A stretch of DNA of 24,618 nt from Oligoflexales bacterium (GTDB lineage: Bacteria; Bdellovibrionota_B; Oligoflexia; Oligoflexales; Bog-1112). Under the pieces are notes generated by a model, which was given only the letters and a program-made list of their open reading frames with translations, was not told the origin of the DNA and did not search any database. Of the stretch, positions 1-9,578 are shown piece by piece. Position 1 is the first letter of the stretch, and each line of letters begins with the position of its first letter. The stretch lies in NCBI GenBank assembly GCA_045105515.1, contig JBGCDR010000208.1, forward strand, positions 1 through 24,618, in the 5' to 3' direction. The position numbers and the translations under genes were made by a program.

Positions 1-141
1 CTAAAAATCTCTCACCGGTTGATTTTATTTTGCTCAATTCTATTTCCAATGGATTGTCGCGGGAAAGTAAAATATTAGGTAGCTTTAATTCGGCGATATC
101 GCGCTGCATGATTTGAGAGTTTTTTTTGTCCAAACTAGAGG
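1..141. mobile_element. Possible IS end or foreign stub interrupting the CobW-family gene
   Basis: The CobW frame is cut by an in-frame TAG at 136-138, and no + frame in 1-141 carries the expected upstream sequence. A minus-strand ORF (ATG at 109, MQRDIAELKLPN...) runs off the window start. IS identity is inference only. Confidence 0.3.
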
Positions 142-564
142 ATTAAAGGTGTTATTCGAGCTAAAGGATTTTTTTGGATAGCCTCACAACCTGCTATTTC
201 TATTTTATTATCGGTTGTGGGAAAAAACTCAAAATTTGATAAAGCTGGAGTTTGGTGGGCATCGATCCCAGTTGAAAAACGCCCCCCTGAAGACAATAAA
301 GAGTTTTATGACTGGCTTCTAGCTATCTGGGATGAAACCTATGGTGACCGGAGAAATGAGCTTGTATTTATTGGCCAGGAATTTAGTGAAGAAAAGCTAA
401 AAAATGGGTTAGAATGGGCTACGCTGACGGAATCTGAACGAGAAGACCCAGCGTCATGGGGACAATTAGAAGACCCATTTCCTCCCTGGGGTAAGATGCA
501 AGAAGTTACCGAACAGTTTGAATTCTCAATTAGACAGCAGCAAAGTGAAGTTCATGCTAATTAA
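142..564 (+). pseudogene. C-terminal fragment of a COG0523/CobW (ZigA/YciC-like) zinc metallochaperone GTPase; N-terminal GTPase domain absent
   Basis: Frame reads IKGVIRAKGFFWIAS...WWAS...WDETYGDRRNELVFIGQ...LEDPFPPW, typical CobW_C motifs. Followed by DUF1826, a usual neighbour of this family. Confidence 0.85.
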
Positions 565-627
565 ATTTCATCCTTTGAATTATTAAAACTATTGATGCTA
601 AGTAAATTTGTTTTTTGCGGGAAAATT

Positions 628-1272
628 ATGGCAAATTCTTTTCAGTTAAATCAATTTTTAAAACAACATTCCACTAAATCTAGCAAGCATTTGATTAGTG
701 ATCAATGTGTTGATTTGGCAGGCATATATAAAGATCATATCGGATTATGTATCTGGACACCTCCTGCTTCTGAAAAAAGAGATCTCTACGCACAGCAACT
801 TGCAATCGAAAACTTTCAGTTTAAGCAGTTAGTTTCTGTAGATAATATCCACGAAAATCTGGAATATTTACCGAAGAGATTAGGATTCAAAGCAATGCAG
901 AAGTGGATCACTGAATTAATTGATGTTTTTGCAACTTTATTTGGTCTCGATCAAGTTGGATTGAGGATCTCTAGCCAAAAAGCGCCTATATGCCCCAGGT
1001 TTCATTTTGATCATGTGCCAGCAAGGCTTATTCACTCATTGTACGGAGATTCTTGTCAATGGCTTGATGCCCCAGCATTCTTGCAGCATGAAAATGACTC
1101 TGAGGTAGGTATTGATATAGAGCGTCAACAAAGTTCTCAAATCAAACAAGCTCCTTCTGGTTCAGTAGTGATTATGAAAGGTTCTAAATGGAAAGAGGAT
1201 TTTCAACCTGTCATTCATCGCTCCCCCATGCACAATCAAGCTCGGGCAGTCATGACTCTCGATTTTGCTTAG
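628..1272 (+). CDS. DUF1826 family protein
   Basis: Motifs CPRFHFDHVPARLIHSLYG..QWL, MKG..W and HRSP...R..MTLD; lies next to the CobW fragment. Start placed at ATG 628 (the ORF extends to 592). Confidence 0.85.
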   Translation: MANSFQLNQFLKQHSTKSSKHLISDQCVDLAGIYKDHIGLCIWTPPASEKRDLYAQQLAIENFQFKQLVSVDNIHENLEYLPKRLGFKAMQKWITELIDVFATLFGLDQVGLRISSQKAPICPRFHFDHVPARLIHSLYGDSCQWLDAPAFLQHENDSEVGIDIERQQSSQIKQAPSGSVVIMKGSKWKEDFQPVIHRSPMHNQARAVMTLDFA

Positions 1273-1282
1273 CTATGATTAA

Positions 1283-1975
1283 TTAGAGATTACCCACATC
1301 AATATAGTCGTCCCATGCTGTCGGAGCGAGCACCTTCATTTCTTGGGTTGTTGGCCAAACTTTTACCCATTGATTATCGATTTTTTTGACAATGGAAACG
1401 TATTGAAGGAAATCAAACTCTGACAGCTTAGATAAACCTGTTTTAAATTTTTCTTTAGGAACAATAACTACGACCGGGTTACTTTTGATTCTGATCTGGA
1501 AGCCGGTGTGAGTTCTATCAAGTCTATTAAGCCCAATCGAACTTAGTATATTGTAGTCTTGATAATGGATACTCCTGACTATATCGATAATGTCAGCAAA
1601 CCTTAATCCAATATCGATATCAGTTATTTCGCTTTCGCTTGGTTTTTCATTCAAAAAACCTGCATGTAAAAAAATATCCAACAAATTATCGTGAGAGTAT
1701 TTAGCACTAAGGCCGACACTGTAAATATTTTTCTTTCTGCAAATAATATAAGAAGATGCAACTTTGAGTCTAATTTTATAGCGTATGTGTTTTAAGTGAA
1801 GAATCAGCTCTTCCCCGTAAGCTACTGGTTGGAAAGTTAAAATTCCCAAACCTCGCTCTGAAATATCACGGGTGGCTGATGGAATAGCTTTTTTTTGGTA
1901 AATTAACTGACTGTTGCCTGTGAGCAAACATTTCAGCTCATACCTTGTAGATCGTCTTAAGAGTTGCTCTTCCAT
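1283..1975 (-). CDS. PilZ-domain (c-di-GMP-binding) protein with unknown C-terminal domain
   Basis: N-terminal RRSTR (RxxxR) and RDISERG (DxSxxG) motifs; GAGG RBS upstream. Confidence 0.75.
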   Translation of the reverse strand: MEEQLLRRSTRYELKCLLTGNSQLIYQKKAIPSATRDISERGLGILTFQPVAYGEELILHLKHIRYKIRLKVASSYIICRKKNIYSVGLSAKYSHDNLLDIFLHAGFLNEKPSESEITDIDIGLRFADIIDIVRSIHYQDYNILSSIGLNRLDRTHTGFQIRIKSNPVVVIVPKEKFKTGLSKLSEFDFLQYVSIVKKIDNQWVKVWPTTQEMKVLAPTAWDDYIDVGNL

Positions 1976-2103
1976 GACACCTCAATTATAGTGCAAAATT
2001 CGTATATATTAAATTAGTTCGTAAAGAATCTAATTTATTTTAACTGTTTCAACAAATTTGATTTAATATAGGGAAATTTATGTAGAAATAAGGTGGGAAT
2101 TAT

Positions 2104-2119
2104 TTGAAAATATTTTCAA
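2104..2119. promoter_or_regulatory. 16-bp perfect palindrome TTGAAAATATTTTCAA, possible transcription-factor site
   Basis: Perfect inverted repeat in the intergenic region upstream of the PilZ gene. It is AT-rich, so chance occurrence is possible. Confidence 0.3.
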
Positions 2120-2150
2120 TCTCGAAAGATAGATGACATATTTTGCAGAT

Positions 2151-4172
2151 TTATCCTCTTAATTGAGCTTCAGCTTCTTTCAAAGAATGTGCTTTCCCCA
2201 CCATTTGGATGATGTCATCCTGCTCAAGAATAAAGTCTCCATCTGGTACCATCATCCCAATCCCTTTTCGGTAAACGGTTGCTATGCAAACCCCTGTTTT
2301 ACGGTTTAAGTCTATTTCGTAAAGGGCTTTATTGAGGCAGCAGAAATTTTCACCGATGCGCAACGGACTCATTGAGCCTAAGGCTTCCCAGGAGGGTAGA
2401 TTGAGTAAGCCACCTTCCCACATTTGTGATATGTTTGAGTAGGTCATGAGCTGTTTTTTAGCCTTGGTCATATAATTTTGAATGTCTTCCCCGTCTATTC
2501 CGTATACTCTTAAGGCTCTGGCTAGCAGTTCAACTGAAGTTTCAACCTCGGCAACTAGAATATCTACATCAGAAAATTGCTTCAGTACATTCATATCTCT
2601 AATGTATTGAGCTCTAACCAGGATGCGTAAATCTGGTCTGAAGCTACGGATAGAGCCGATGATTGCTGGAACGATCTTGGAGCCAGATATAGCTATAATT
2701 ACCAAGTTTGCTGATTCAATGTTAGCGTGCTTAAGAACCTCGTGACTTGTTGCGTCTCCAAAGTCAATGTTAAAACCATTTTCTTTGTATTTTTTGACTG
2801 TGTCATAATTTGCTTCAATGATTTTATAAGGAAGATTTAGACCATCAAAGGCTGCTGCTAAGTTTTGGTTTGCAACTCCAAATCCGATTAGTAGTGCATG
2901 TCCTTTTTCTTTGTTTGAACCATCTGCATTTATCAAGTCAGCTTGCTTTTTGATTGGTTTAGTATCTTCACCGGAAAACAAACTGCTCCATTGTTCGTTG
3001 CTTGATAAGGTGATGCGTGAGGCGAATTTTAAAACAAAAGGAGTAAAAATCATCGATAGTATTGAAATGCTCAGAAAGTATTGGTGCTCAAGGGGAGAAA
3101 GTAGCCCGTCTTTAATTGCACGAGATGCCAGGATAAATGAAAATTCTCCGATTTGACAAATGGACAATCCGCTCAGGATTGATAGTTTTATTGGAGTTTT
3201 CCAAACAAAACAAATTCCAGTGATTAATAAGAATTTAATCACAAAGATGGTGGTTCCCAGTATTAAGACAGTACCAAAGTGGGTACTTAAAAAGTTAATA
3301 TCTAGCATCATCCCAATAGTGGCAAATAGGAGTCCAAGGAAGTTATCTCTAAGGGGCAGAATATCAGAAGTAGCTTGACGGCCATAAGGGCTTTCTGAAA
3401 TGAGCATCCCTGCAACAAAAGCACCTAGAGAAAGTGAGAGTCCAAAGTGATGAAATGCATAAGCAGTTCCCAGGCATGAAAATAATACGCTAAAGAAGAA
3501 AACTTCCCTAGACCCAACCCGCGCAACTTTTTCCATTATGAAAGGCATTACATAGCGGCCAATTAGGACAATACTTGCAACCATCAACCCAATCTTTAAA
3601 ATCCAGTTAGTAGCCGCTATATCGAAAATTTCAGCTACAGATAGGCTCTTGCTACTGGATAATAGGGGGAGAGAGAGCATCATGGGAATAACAGCTATAT
3701 CCTGGAATAATAGGATGCCAACGCTGTTTCTTCCATAGGGAGTCTCGATATCGCGAGCGTCGTAGAGAAGTTTTAAGACCAATGCTGTGGAACTCAAAGT
3801 TGCAAGGTAGCCGAAGAAAATGCTCTTTGGGTGATCAAAACCCAGGACGTAATGGCTAAGCAAGTACATAATACCAATACTTAGAGTAACCTGTGAAAAT
3901 CCAAGCTTGAGAAATTCTCTTTTTAGTTCTTTGAGTTTCTTAAAGGAAAATTCTAGGCCGATTGTAAACATAAGAAAAATAGCTGCGATTTCGGCCATGA
4001 GTCCAGCATCGGGAATACTTTCTACTAGTTTAAAGCCATAGGGACCTGCTGCAACTCCACCTAGAATGAACGCTACGATCATGGGTAAACGCAGGTAATT
4101 GGAGATGATAGCGACAGCAGTGATCGCACCTAACAAAATGACAAATTCAAGAAAGGACAAGGATGCGAACAT
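2151..4172 (-). CDS. CPA2/Kef-family K+/H+ antiporter with TrkA-N (RCK) and TrkA-C domains
   Basis: Multi-TM N-terminus with FLMFTIGLEFS, LSSTALVLKLL, GILLFQDIAVIP, LGAFVAGMLISES and QIGEFSFIL; then LIGFG...FGDAT (RCK) and a C-terminal TrkA-C-like segment. Confidence 0.93.
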   Translation of the reverse strand: MFASLSFLEFVILLGAITAVAIISNYLRLPMIVAFILGGVAAGPYGFKLVESIPDAGLMAEIAAIFLMFTIGLEFSFKKLKELKREFLKLGFSQVTLSIGIMYLLSHYVLGFDHPKSIFFGYLATLSSTALVLKLLYDARDIETPYGRNSVGILLFQDIAVIPMMLSLPLLSSSKSLSVAEIFDIAATNWILKIGLMVASIVLIGRYVMPFIMEKVARVGSREVFFFSVLFSCLGTAYAFHHFGLSLSLGAFVAGMLISESPYGRQATSDILPLRDNFLGLLFATIGMMLDINFLSTHFGTVLILGTTIFVIKFLLITGICFVWKTPIKLSILSGLSICQIGEFSFILASRAIKDGLLSPLEHQYFLSISILSMIFTPFVLKFASRITLSSNEQWSSLFSGEDTKPIKKQADLINADGSNKEKGHALLIGFGVANQNLAAAFDGLNLPYKIIEANYDTVKKYKENGFNIDFGDATSHEVLKHANIESANLVIIAISGSKIVPAIIGSIRSFRPDLRILVRAQYIRDMNVLKQFSDVDILVAEVETSVELLARALRVYGIDGEDIQNYMTKAKKQLMTYSNISQMWEGGLLNLPSWEALGSMSPLRIGENFCCLNKALYEIDLNRKTGVCIATVYRKGIGMMVPDGDFILEQDDIIQMVGKAHSLKEAEAQLRG

Positions 4173-4388
4173 ACTGGATTACCTTTCGAAGTGATATCTG
4201 AGAAACCTTCAGTGGACTTTAAACCAAGCCTATGGACTCTCGTCAACAAGATTAGAATTCAAGAGGTGAATGGAATTTAGTCTCAATACCTTATGAGATT
4301 TTTTAGATATTTAATCGCTATTAAACCCACTAGATTTATGGTAGAATCGCAAACCTTATTCTTAATTTGTAGTTGCAAAGAAATATAA

Positions 4389-5501
4389 ATGTCTGAAATC
4401 ACAATTGAAAATAATAAAACTGTCGTAGTGGGTATGTCTGGTGGGGTTGATTCGTCCGTCACCGCTTTGTTGCTCAAGCAGAAAGGTTTTCGAGTCATCG
4501 GTCTATTCATGAAAAATTGGGATGAGAAGGATGACAATGGGCAATGTACCAGCTCAAAAGACTATGATGATGTCGCTTTGACTTGTGCTCATATTGGCAT
4601 TCCTTTCCGCAGTGTGAATTTTGTGAAAGAATACCGTGAACAAGTCTTTGAACACTTTTTAGAGGAATACCAAGCAGGATACACGCCGAATCCTGATATT
4701 CTTTGCAACCGAGAAATAAAGTTCAATGTCTTTTTTAAAAAAGCGAGAGAGTTGGGAGCAGATTTTCTTGCTACTGGACATTACTGTCGGGTTGTAGATG
4801 GGCAGCTTTACAAAGGCTTAGATCCGCAGAAAGATCAAAGTTACTTTCTTAATGCTATTAATGGATCGGTTCTTAATCGGGTGCTATTCCCAATCGGAGA
4901 ACTTCACAAGCAAGAGGTTCGGGCTATTGCAGCAAAGAATGGCCTTCCTACTCATGCAAAAAAAGATAGCACGGGAATTTGCTTTATTGGTGAGAGGCAT
5001 TTTGTTTCTTTCTTGTCCCAGTATATTTCTGTAAAACCAGGGCCTTTCAAGCGCCTTGATGGTAAGACTGTTGGGGAACATTCAGGCGTCGCTTATTATA
5101 CCCTTGGACAAAGGCGTCAATTAGGTCTAGGCGGACCAGGAGAGCGCTGGTATGTGGTGGCAAAAGATAATTCTGCCAATATAGTCTATGTGGAAAGAGG
5201 AGATGAGCACCCTGCTTTATTCTGTGATGAACTTATCGCAAATGAGGTTTCTTGGATCAATGAACAGGCTAGGTCTTTTCCACTACCCTGCACGGCTAAG
5301 GTTCGCTATCGTCAAATGGATCAGGCATGTGAAATAGAGCCCATGGCAAATGGTAGAATGAAAGTCCGGTTTCAAGAAGCTCAGCGCGCAATAGCCCCTA
5401 GGCAGTCAATAGCATTCTATCACGGAGATCGCTGCCTTGGTGGAGGAATGATAGAAACGGCTGGTCCTAGTTATTTTGAGATGGATAAACCGCTGCATTG
5501 A
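4389..5501 (+). CDS. mnmA: tRNA-specific 2-thiouridylase MnmA
   Basis: VVVGMSGGVDSSV, TPNPDILCNREIKF, ATGHY, KDQSYFL, KKDSTGICFIGER and YYTLGQRR. Confidence 0.98.
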   Translation: MSEITIENNKTVVVGMSGGVDSSVTALLLKQKGFRVIGLFMKNWDEKDDNGQCTSSKDYDDVALTCAHIGIPFRSVNFVKEYREQVFEHFLEEYQAGYTPNPDILCNREIKFNVFFKKARELGADFLATGHYCRVVDGQLYKGLDPQKDQSYFLNAINGSVLNRVLFPIGELHKQEVRAIAAKNGLPTHAKKDSTGICFIGERHFVSFLSQYISVKPGPFKRLDGKTVGEHSGVAYYTLGQRRQLGLGGPGERWYVVAKDNSANIVYVERGDEHPALFCDELIANEVSWINEQARSFPLPCTAKVRYRQMDQACEIEPMANGRMKVRFQEAQRAIAPRQSIAFYHGDRCLGGGMIETAGPSYFEMDKPLH

Positions 5502-5510
5502 TGAAAGGGC

Positions 5511-6029
5511 TCAAGCGCCGCTGCATAGACATTGTGCTACTGTACTGGTGTAAGAGCCTGCAATGCAATAGGGGGTATTGGGTGCTAGATGGCCGGAGTA
5601 CTCTTGATCGTGAACTATGGTTGCACAAACAGGATAGTTGCCGTGGTCACCTAAGACAGGAGCTTGGTCCCACTGAGCGCAAGTTTTCTTGCAGGACCCG
5701 CTAGCTTGGGAATGATCCCTCCAATCTAGTGTATATTCGTCAGCTGCGCATAAGCATTGAAAAACCTTGTTGCGAAGATCTGCAACAAGGCACCCCTTCT
5801 CTCCTGCAACTTTGTACCCAGGTTTCAAAGCGAGTCCAAATAGGCTCTTTTTACTACAAACCTGAGTATCGCCTTTGTAGGTGCTTACTGGCTCAGTAAA
5901 TTCTTCTAGGCGCGAACAAGTTTCGGAGCAGTTTGAGGCTAGACTATATTCCCAAACATAATTATTTGCTTCCAAGTTCTTCATGCTAATACTGAACATT
6001 ATGGAAAATAAGCTTAGCTTAAGCAACAT
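5511..6029 (-). CDS. Secreted cysteine-rich protein with two tandem 6-Cys repeats
   Basis: ATG 6029 with AGGAG RBS and signal-like MLLKLSLFSIMFSISMKNLEA. Two repeats of pattern W..CxxTC..PV..VC..G..C..QCLC. Confidence 0.75.
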   Translation of the reverse strand: MLLKLSLFSIMFSISMKNLEANNYVWEYSLASNCSETCSRLEEFTEPVSTYKGDTQVCSKKSLFGLALKPGYKVAGEKGCLVADLRNKVFQCLCAADEYTLDWRDHSQASGSCKKTCAQWDQAPVLGDHGNYPVCATIVHDQEYSGHLAPNTPYCIAGSYTSTVAQCLCSGA

Positions 6030-6039
6030 GCCTGGGCTC

Positions 6040-6435
6040 CTACAATTTGAATTTAGATTTTGGGTCATATTGGTTAAGAAATTGGGTTACCACTTCGAGA
6101 AGGGTCTTTTCATCACATGGCTTAATTATCCAGCTTGTGATTCCTAAAAGCTTACCTCGGCGCTTTAGCTCCTCACCTGTTTCGGTAGTAAACATAAATA
6201 CTGGTGTTGTTTTGTGATGTTCAATTTTGCGTATCTCTTCAACCATTTGTAGGCCATTGAACTCACCGGGCATATTGAGATCTGAGATTATGAGGTTCAA
6301 ATCTTTTTTTACTCTTGCTTTAGCAATTCCATCATTACCATTGACTGCCTCGACCACATGGAACTCTCCACTCAACGCACTTTTAACCTTTTTCCGGGTC
6401 GCGGATGAATCATCGATGACTAGAATTTTTTTCAT
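6040..6435 (-). CDS. Single-domain CheY-like response regulator
   Basis: KKILVIDDS, ISDLNMP (phospho-acceptor Asp), FTT and IIKP; GGGAGG RBS. Confidence 0.93.
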   Translation of the reverse strand: MKKILVIDDSSATRKKVKSALSGEFHVVEAVNGNDGIAKARVKKDLNLIISDLNMPGEFNGLQMVEEIRKIEHHKTTPVFMFTTETGEELKRRGKLLGITSWIIKPCDEKTLLEVVTQFLNQYDPKSKFKL

Positions 6436-6613
6436 GGATTCCTCCCACTAATATTATAGAAGGTTATGCCAAAAAATGCATCTATCTCATCGCCTTCCTT
6501 AGAGAGGACTCCTATTTCACTAGGAGGAGCCATTAAGTCCTCGATGGGTGTAGAGTAAGAAATTTTCTGAGAGTTTGGATAGCTTTCGCTACCAGGGCTT
6601 AGCTTAGCTTTTA

Positions 6614-7387
6614 CTAAATACAATTTCCTTTCAATTCAAGTGCTACTGGGCAATGGTCCGAGCCCAAAACATGTGCATGGATGTGAGCAGTTTCCATTTG
6701 ATCCTTAAGCATGTTTGAAACACAGAAATAGTCTATTCTCCAGCCTATATTTCTCTCTCTTGCCCGGGTCCTGTAGCTCCACCAGGTATAGTGGTCTTTA
6801 TCCTTAACAAAATGCCTGAACGTATCAATGAACCCATGCTCAACATAGCGGTCAAATCCGGCTCTTTCTTCAGGAGTAAAGCCAGCATTTTTTGTATTGG
6901 TTTTTGGATTAGCTAGATCTATTTCTTTATGAGCTACGTTAAGGTCTCCACAAAAAACTATGGGTTTTTTTTCTTCAAGCTTCTTCAAGTAGTTGAAAAA
7001 TTCAATGTCCCATGAGCCACTCCGATATTCTAATCGCTTTAATCTGTCACCTGAGTTTGGAGTATAAACGGTAACGAGAAAAAAACTCGAATATTCAAGG
7101 GTGATAACTCGTCCCTCCTGGTCGTGTTCGTCCATTCCTATATCATAAAAGCAATTTACAGGCTCAAATTTGGTGAATATAGCAGTCCCAGAATAACCTT
7201 TTTTTTCTGCAGCATTCCAATACTGCTGATAACCAGGGAGTTCTAGTTCAACCTGTTCTGGGTGAGCTTTGGTTTCTTGAAGGCATAAAATATCCGGCTT
7301 ATACTCCTCTAGATATTTGTGGAACTCACCTTTTTTGATAATTGCTCTAATTCCGTTTACATTCCATGAAGACAGTCTAATTGTCAT
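6614..7387 (-). CDS. xth: Exodeoxyribonuclease III (AP endonuclease)
   Basis: [45 protein letters not shown] and SDHCP. Confidence 0.97.
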   Translation of the reverse strand: MTIRLSSWNVNGIRAIIKKGEFHKYLEEYKPDILCLQETKAHPEQVELELPGYQQYWNAAEKKGYSGTAIFTKFEPVNCFYDIGMDEHDQEGRVITLEYSSFFLVTVYTPNSGDRLKRLEYRSGSWDIEFFNYLKKLEEKKPIVFCGDLNVAHKEIDLANPKTNTKNAGFTPEERAGFDRYVEHGFIDTFRHFVKDKDHYTWWSYRTRARERNIGWRIDYFCVSNMLKDQMETAHIHAHVLGSDHCPVALELKGNCI

Positions 7388-7402
7388 AATTTTATTCCTG
7401 GC

Positions 7403-9448
7403 TTAATATTTGAGAGATAAAATTGCAAAAGCTAGTTCCATTGCTACTTCTTTCAAGTAGTCATACCTACCCGATGCTCCCCCGTGGCCAGAGTCAAAAT
7501 TCATATGCAATAGAATAGGTTTGCTGCCAGTATTGTGCTCCCTCAACTTTGCAACCCACTTAGCAGGCTCCCAATAGGTCACTCGGGTATCAGCAATACC
7601 TGCGGTGACGAGCATGGCGGGATAATCTTGTTTGCAGACGTTATCATATGGAGAGTAGGATTTTATGTATTCGTAATATTCTTTGTTATTTGGGTTACCC
7701 CATTCATTGTACTCAGATGTGGTTAGCGGCAAGCTCTCATCAAGCATGGTTGTTAAAACATCTACAAATGGGACTTGGGCGATGATGCCGGCAAATAAGC
7801 CTGGATTTGTGTTTGCAGCAACTCCCATAAGAAGACCACCTGCACTTCCGCCACATCCGATAATCTTACCTTTTTGTGTGTAATCATTTACTACTAGGTG
7901 TTCAGCAACGCTTAGGTAGTCATCAAAGGTGTTCTTTTTCTTAAGCATTTTTCCGTTTAAATACCATTCTTGACCTAGGTCCATCCCACCACGAATATGA
8001 GGAAGAGCAAGGGTAAAACCTCTGTCGAGAAGCGGCAAGTAATTTGCGTTAAAATCGGTCTCAAGGCTTACTCCATATGCACCGTATCCATATAGGATTA
8101 AGGGTTTTACTGGTTTATCAAGTGTATCTTTGTGCATAACTATAGATACTGGGATTTTAATACCGTCCTTTGAAGTAGCAAAGATACGCTCTGCGATATA
8201 GTTTTCTTCATTGAATTTTTCATCTGGGATGTGACTTTTTTTCTTTAAAGTTCTTGTTTTCTTTTCCATGTCATAATCGTAAGTGCATGGCGGGTTTGTT
8301 AAGGTTTGAAAACAATATCTAAGTATGCTGCAGTCGTAGTCTCGGTGGCCCTGAATGCTAACATCGAAAACGGCGTGATCAAATTTTAAAACTTCATTCT
8401 TTCCTGATTTGAAGTAGTGAATCAGTATTCCTGGTTGGCCCTTTTGTTTATCTTGAACGACCATATAGTCCTTATAGACGCTATAACATTCAAGCAAGCT
8501 ACCGTATTTATGAGGAATTAAGTCTTGCCAAAACTTGCTGTTCGATTCTTCTATGGGAGTCTTTATAATACGATAATCAAGAGCATCAAGATTAGTGCGA
8601 ATAATAAAATTATTCTCGTGGTCACTGACATCATATTCATGATCTTGTTTGCGCGATTCAACCACAGTAATTTCATTATTTAGTGAAGCTGCTGGTAGGT
8701 AATGCCATTCGCTAGTATTATTTCCTTCAGCGCATATATAGATAAAACGTGAGCTTTCTGATTTGTCAAGAGAGACAAAAAACTTAGAATCTTTTTCTTC
8801 ATAAATTAGAGCATTCAATTTATTGGTCTGTCCTAGTGCATGCGAATAGACCCATTTGGGTCGATGATTTTTATCTAACTTGCAATAATAGAATCCCTTG
8901 CTGTCATTGGTCCATTCAAAGCAATCAGTGGCACCAGTAATCATATCAGGAAGTAGCTTTCCAGTTTCCAGATCTTTTATATAAATAGTAAATTCTTCTT
9001 CCCCATTTTCATCAATGCTGTACGCAAGGTACTTGTGATCAGGGCTATTGATGCAGCACCCTAGTTCACAGTAGGGTTTAGATTGAGCAATTTCGTTTAA
9101 GTCCAATATTGTTTCAGGGGAATTTAAGTTTTCTGATAATGATCTTTTGAATACTGAGTACTGTTGTGATTTCTTTATTTCAGAGTAGTACCAATAAGAG
9201 CCATCCTTAAGGGGTACTGAGCGCTCTTCTTCATTTATTTTTTTCTTTAGTTCTTCAAAAAGTTGCTCTTGCAATTCCTCGGTATCTTTTAATACATCGT
9301 TGGTATAGGAGTTTTCAGCTTGTAAATGTTCTTTTACCTGAGGATTCTCCCAATTTCTTAGCCAATACCAAGGATCATTTCTGGTATCTCCATGAGTCTG
9401 AAGCAGTTTAGTTTTCTTTTCAGGAATAGGCGCGAGTGTTCCTAACAA
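7403..9448 (-). CDS. ptrB: Oligopeptidase B (S9A serine peptidase)
   Basis: HGDTRNDPWYWLR, YGYGAYG, HIRGG, GGSAGGLLMG (nucleophile Ser), VPFVDV, DTRVTYWEPAKW and SGHGGASGR; TTG start with GGAG RBS. Confidence 0.95.
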   Translation of the reverse strand: MLGTLAPIPEKKTKLLQTHGDTRNDPWYWLRNWENPQVKEHLQAENSYTNDVLKDTEELQEQLFEELKKKINEEERSVPLKDGSYWYYSEIKKSQQYSVFKRSLSENLNSPETILDLNEIAQSKPYCELGCCINSPDHKYLAYSIDENGEEEFTIYIKDLETGKLLPDMITGATDCFEWTNDSKGFYYCKLDKNHRPKWVYSHALGQTNKLNALIYEEKDSKFFVSLDKSESSRFIYICAEGNNTSEWHYLPAASLNNEITVVESRKQDHEYDVSDHENNFIIRTNLDALDYRIIKTPIEESNSKFWQDLIPHKYGSLLECYSVYKDYMVVQDKQKGQPGILIHYFKSGKNEVLKFDHAVFDVSIQGHRDYDCSILRYCFQTLTNPPCTYDYDMEKKTRTLKKKSHIPDEKFNEENYIAERIFATSKDGIKIPVSIVMHKDTLDKPVKPLILYGYGAYGVSLETDFNANYLPLLDRGFTLALPHIRGGMDLGQEWYLNGKMLKKKNTFDDYLSVAEHLVVNDYTQKGKIIGCGGSAGGLLMGVAANTNPGLFAGIIAQVPFVDVLTTMLDESLPLTTSEYNEWGNPNNKEYYEYIKSYSPYDNVCKQDYPAMLVTAGIADTRVTYWEPAKWVAKLREHNTGSKPILLHMNFDSGHGGASGRYDYLKEVAMELAFAILSLKY

Positions 9449-9516
9449 AGGTTAATCTCCTTGTAAGTTTGCATGGGGCATATAATGCATGAATCGATCT
9501 ATAAAATAAATTCAAA

Positions 9517-9537
9517 CTTAGGCTAAAATGGCCTAAG
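9517..9537. terminator. Hairpin between the O-antigen-ligase-like gene and ptrB; possible terminator
   Basis: CTTAGGC-N7-GCCTAAG with T-rich flanks on both strands. Confidence 0.4.
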
Positions 9538-9578
9538 CTGTTTTTATCGTTTCACCAAAAGCCTCTAGGCATTGGCCG

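Noticed and set aside
2911..5704. Short ORFs at 2911, 3160, 4283, 4852, 4884 and 5498
   Set aside because: Antisense or out-of-frame shadows of the antiporter, mnmA and the Cys-rich gene.
6432..6623. 63-aa ORF between xth and the CheY-like gene
   Set aside because: No recognisable motif, and it spans a TATAAT and the RBS that probably serve the CheY-like gene. The ATGA overlap means it is not fully excluded.
7403..9448. ptrB as the activating protease of the gasdermin-like protein
   Set aside because: It has no signal peptide, S9A oligopeptidases prefer short peptides, and it looks like an ordinary housekeeping gene separated by another gene and a hairpin.
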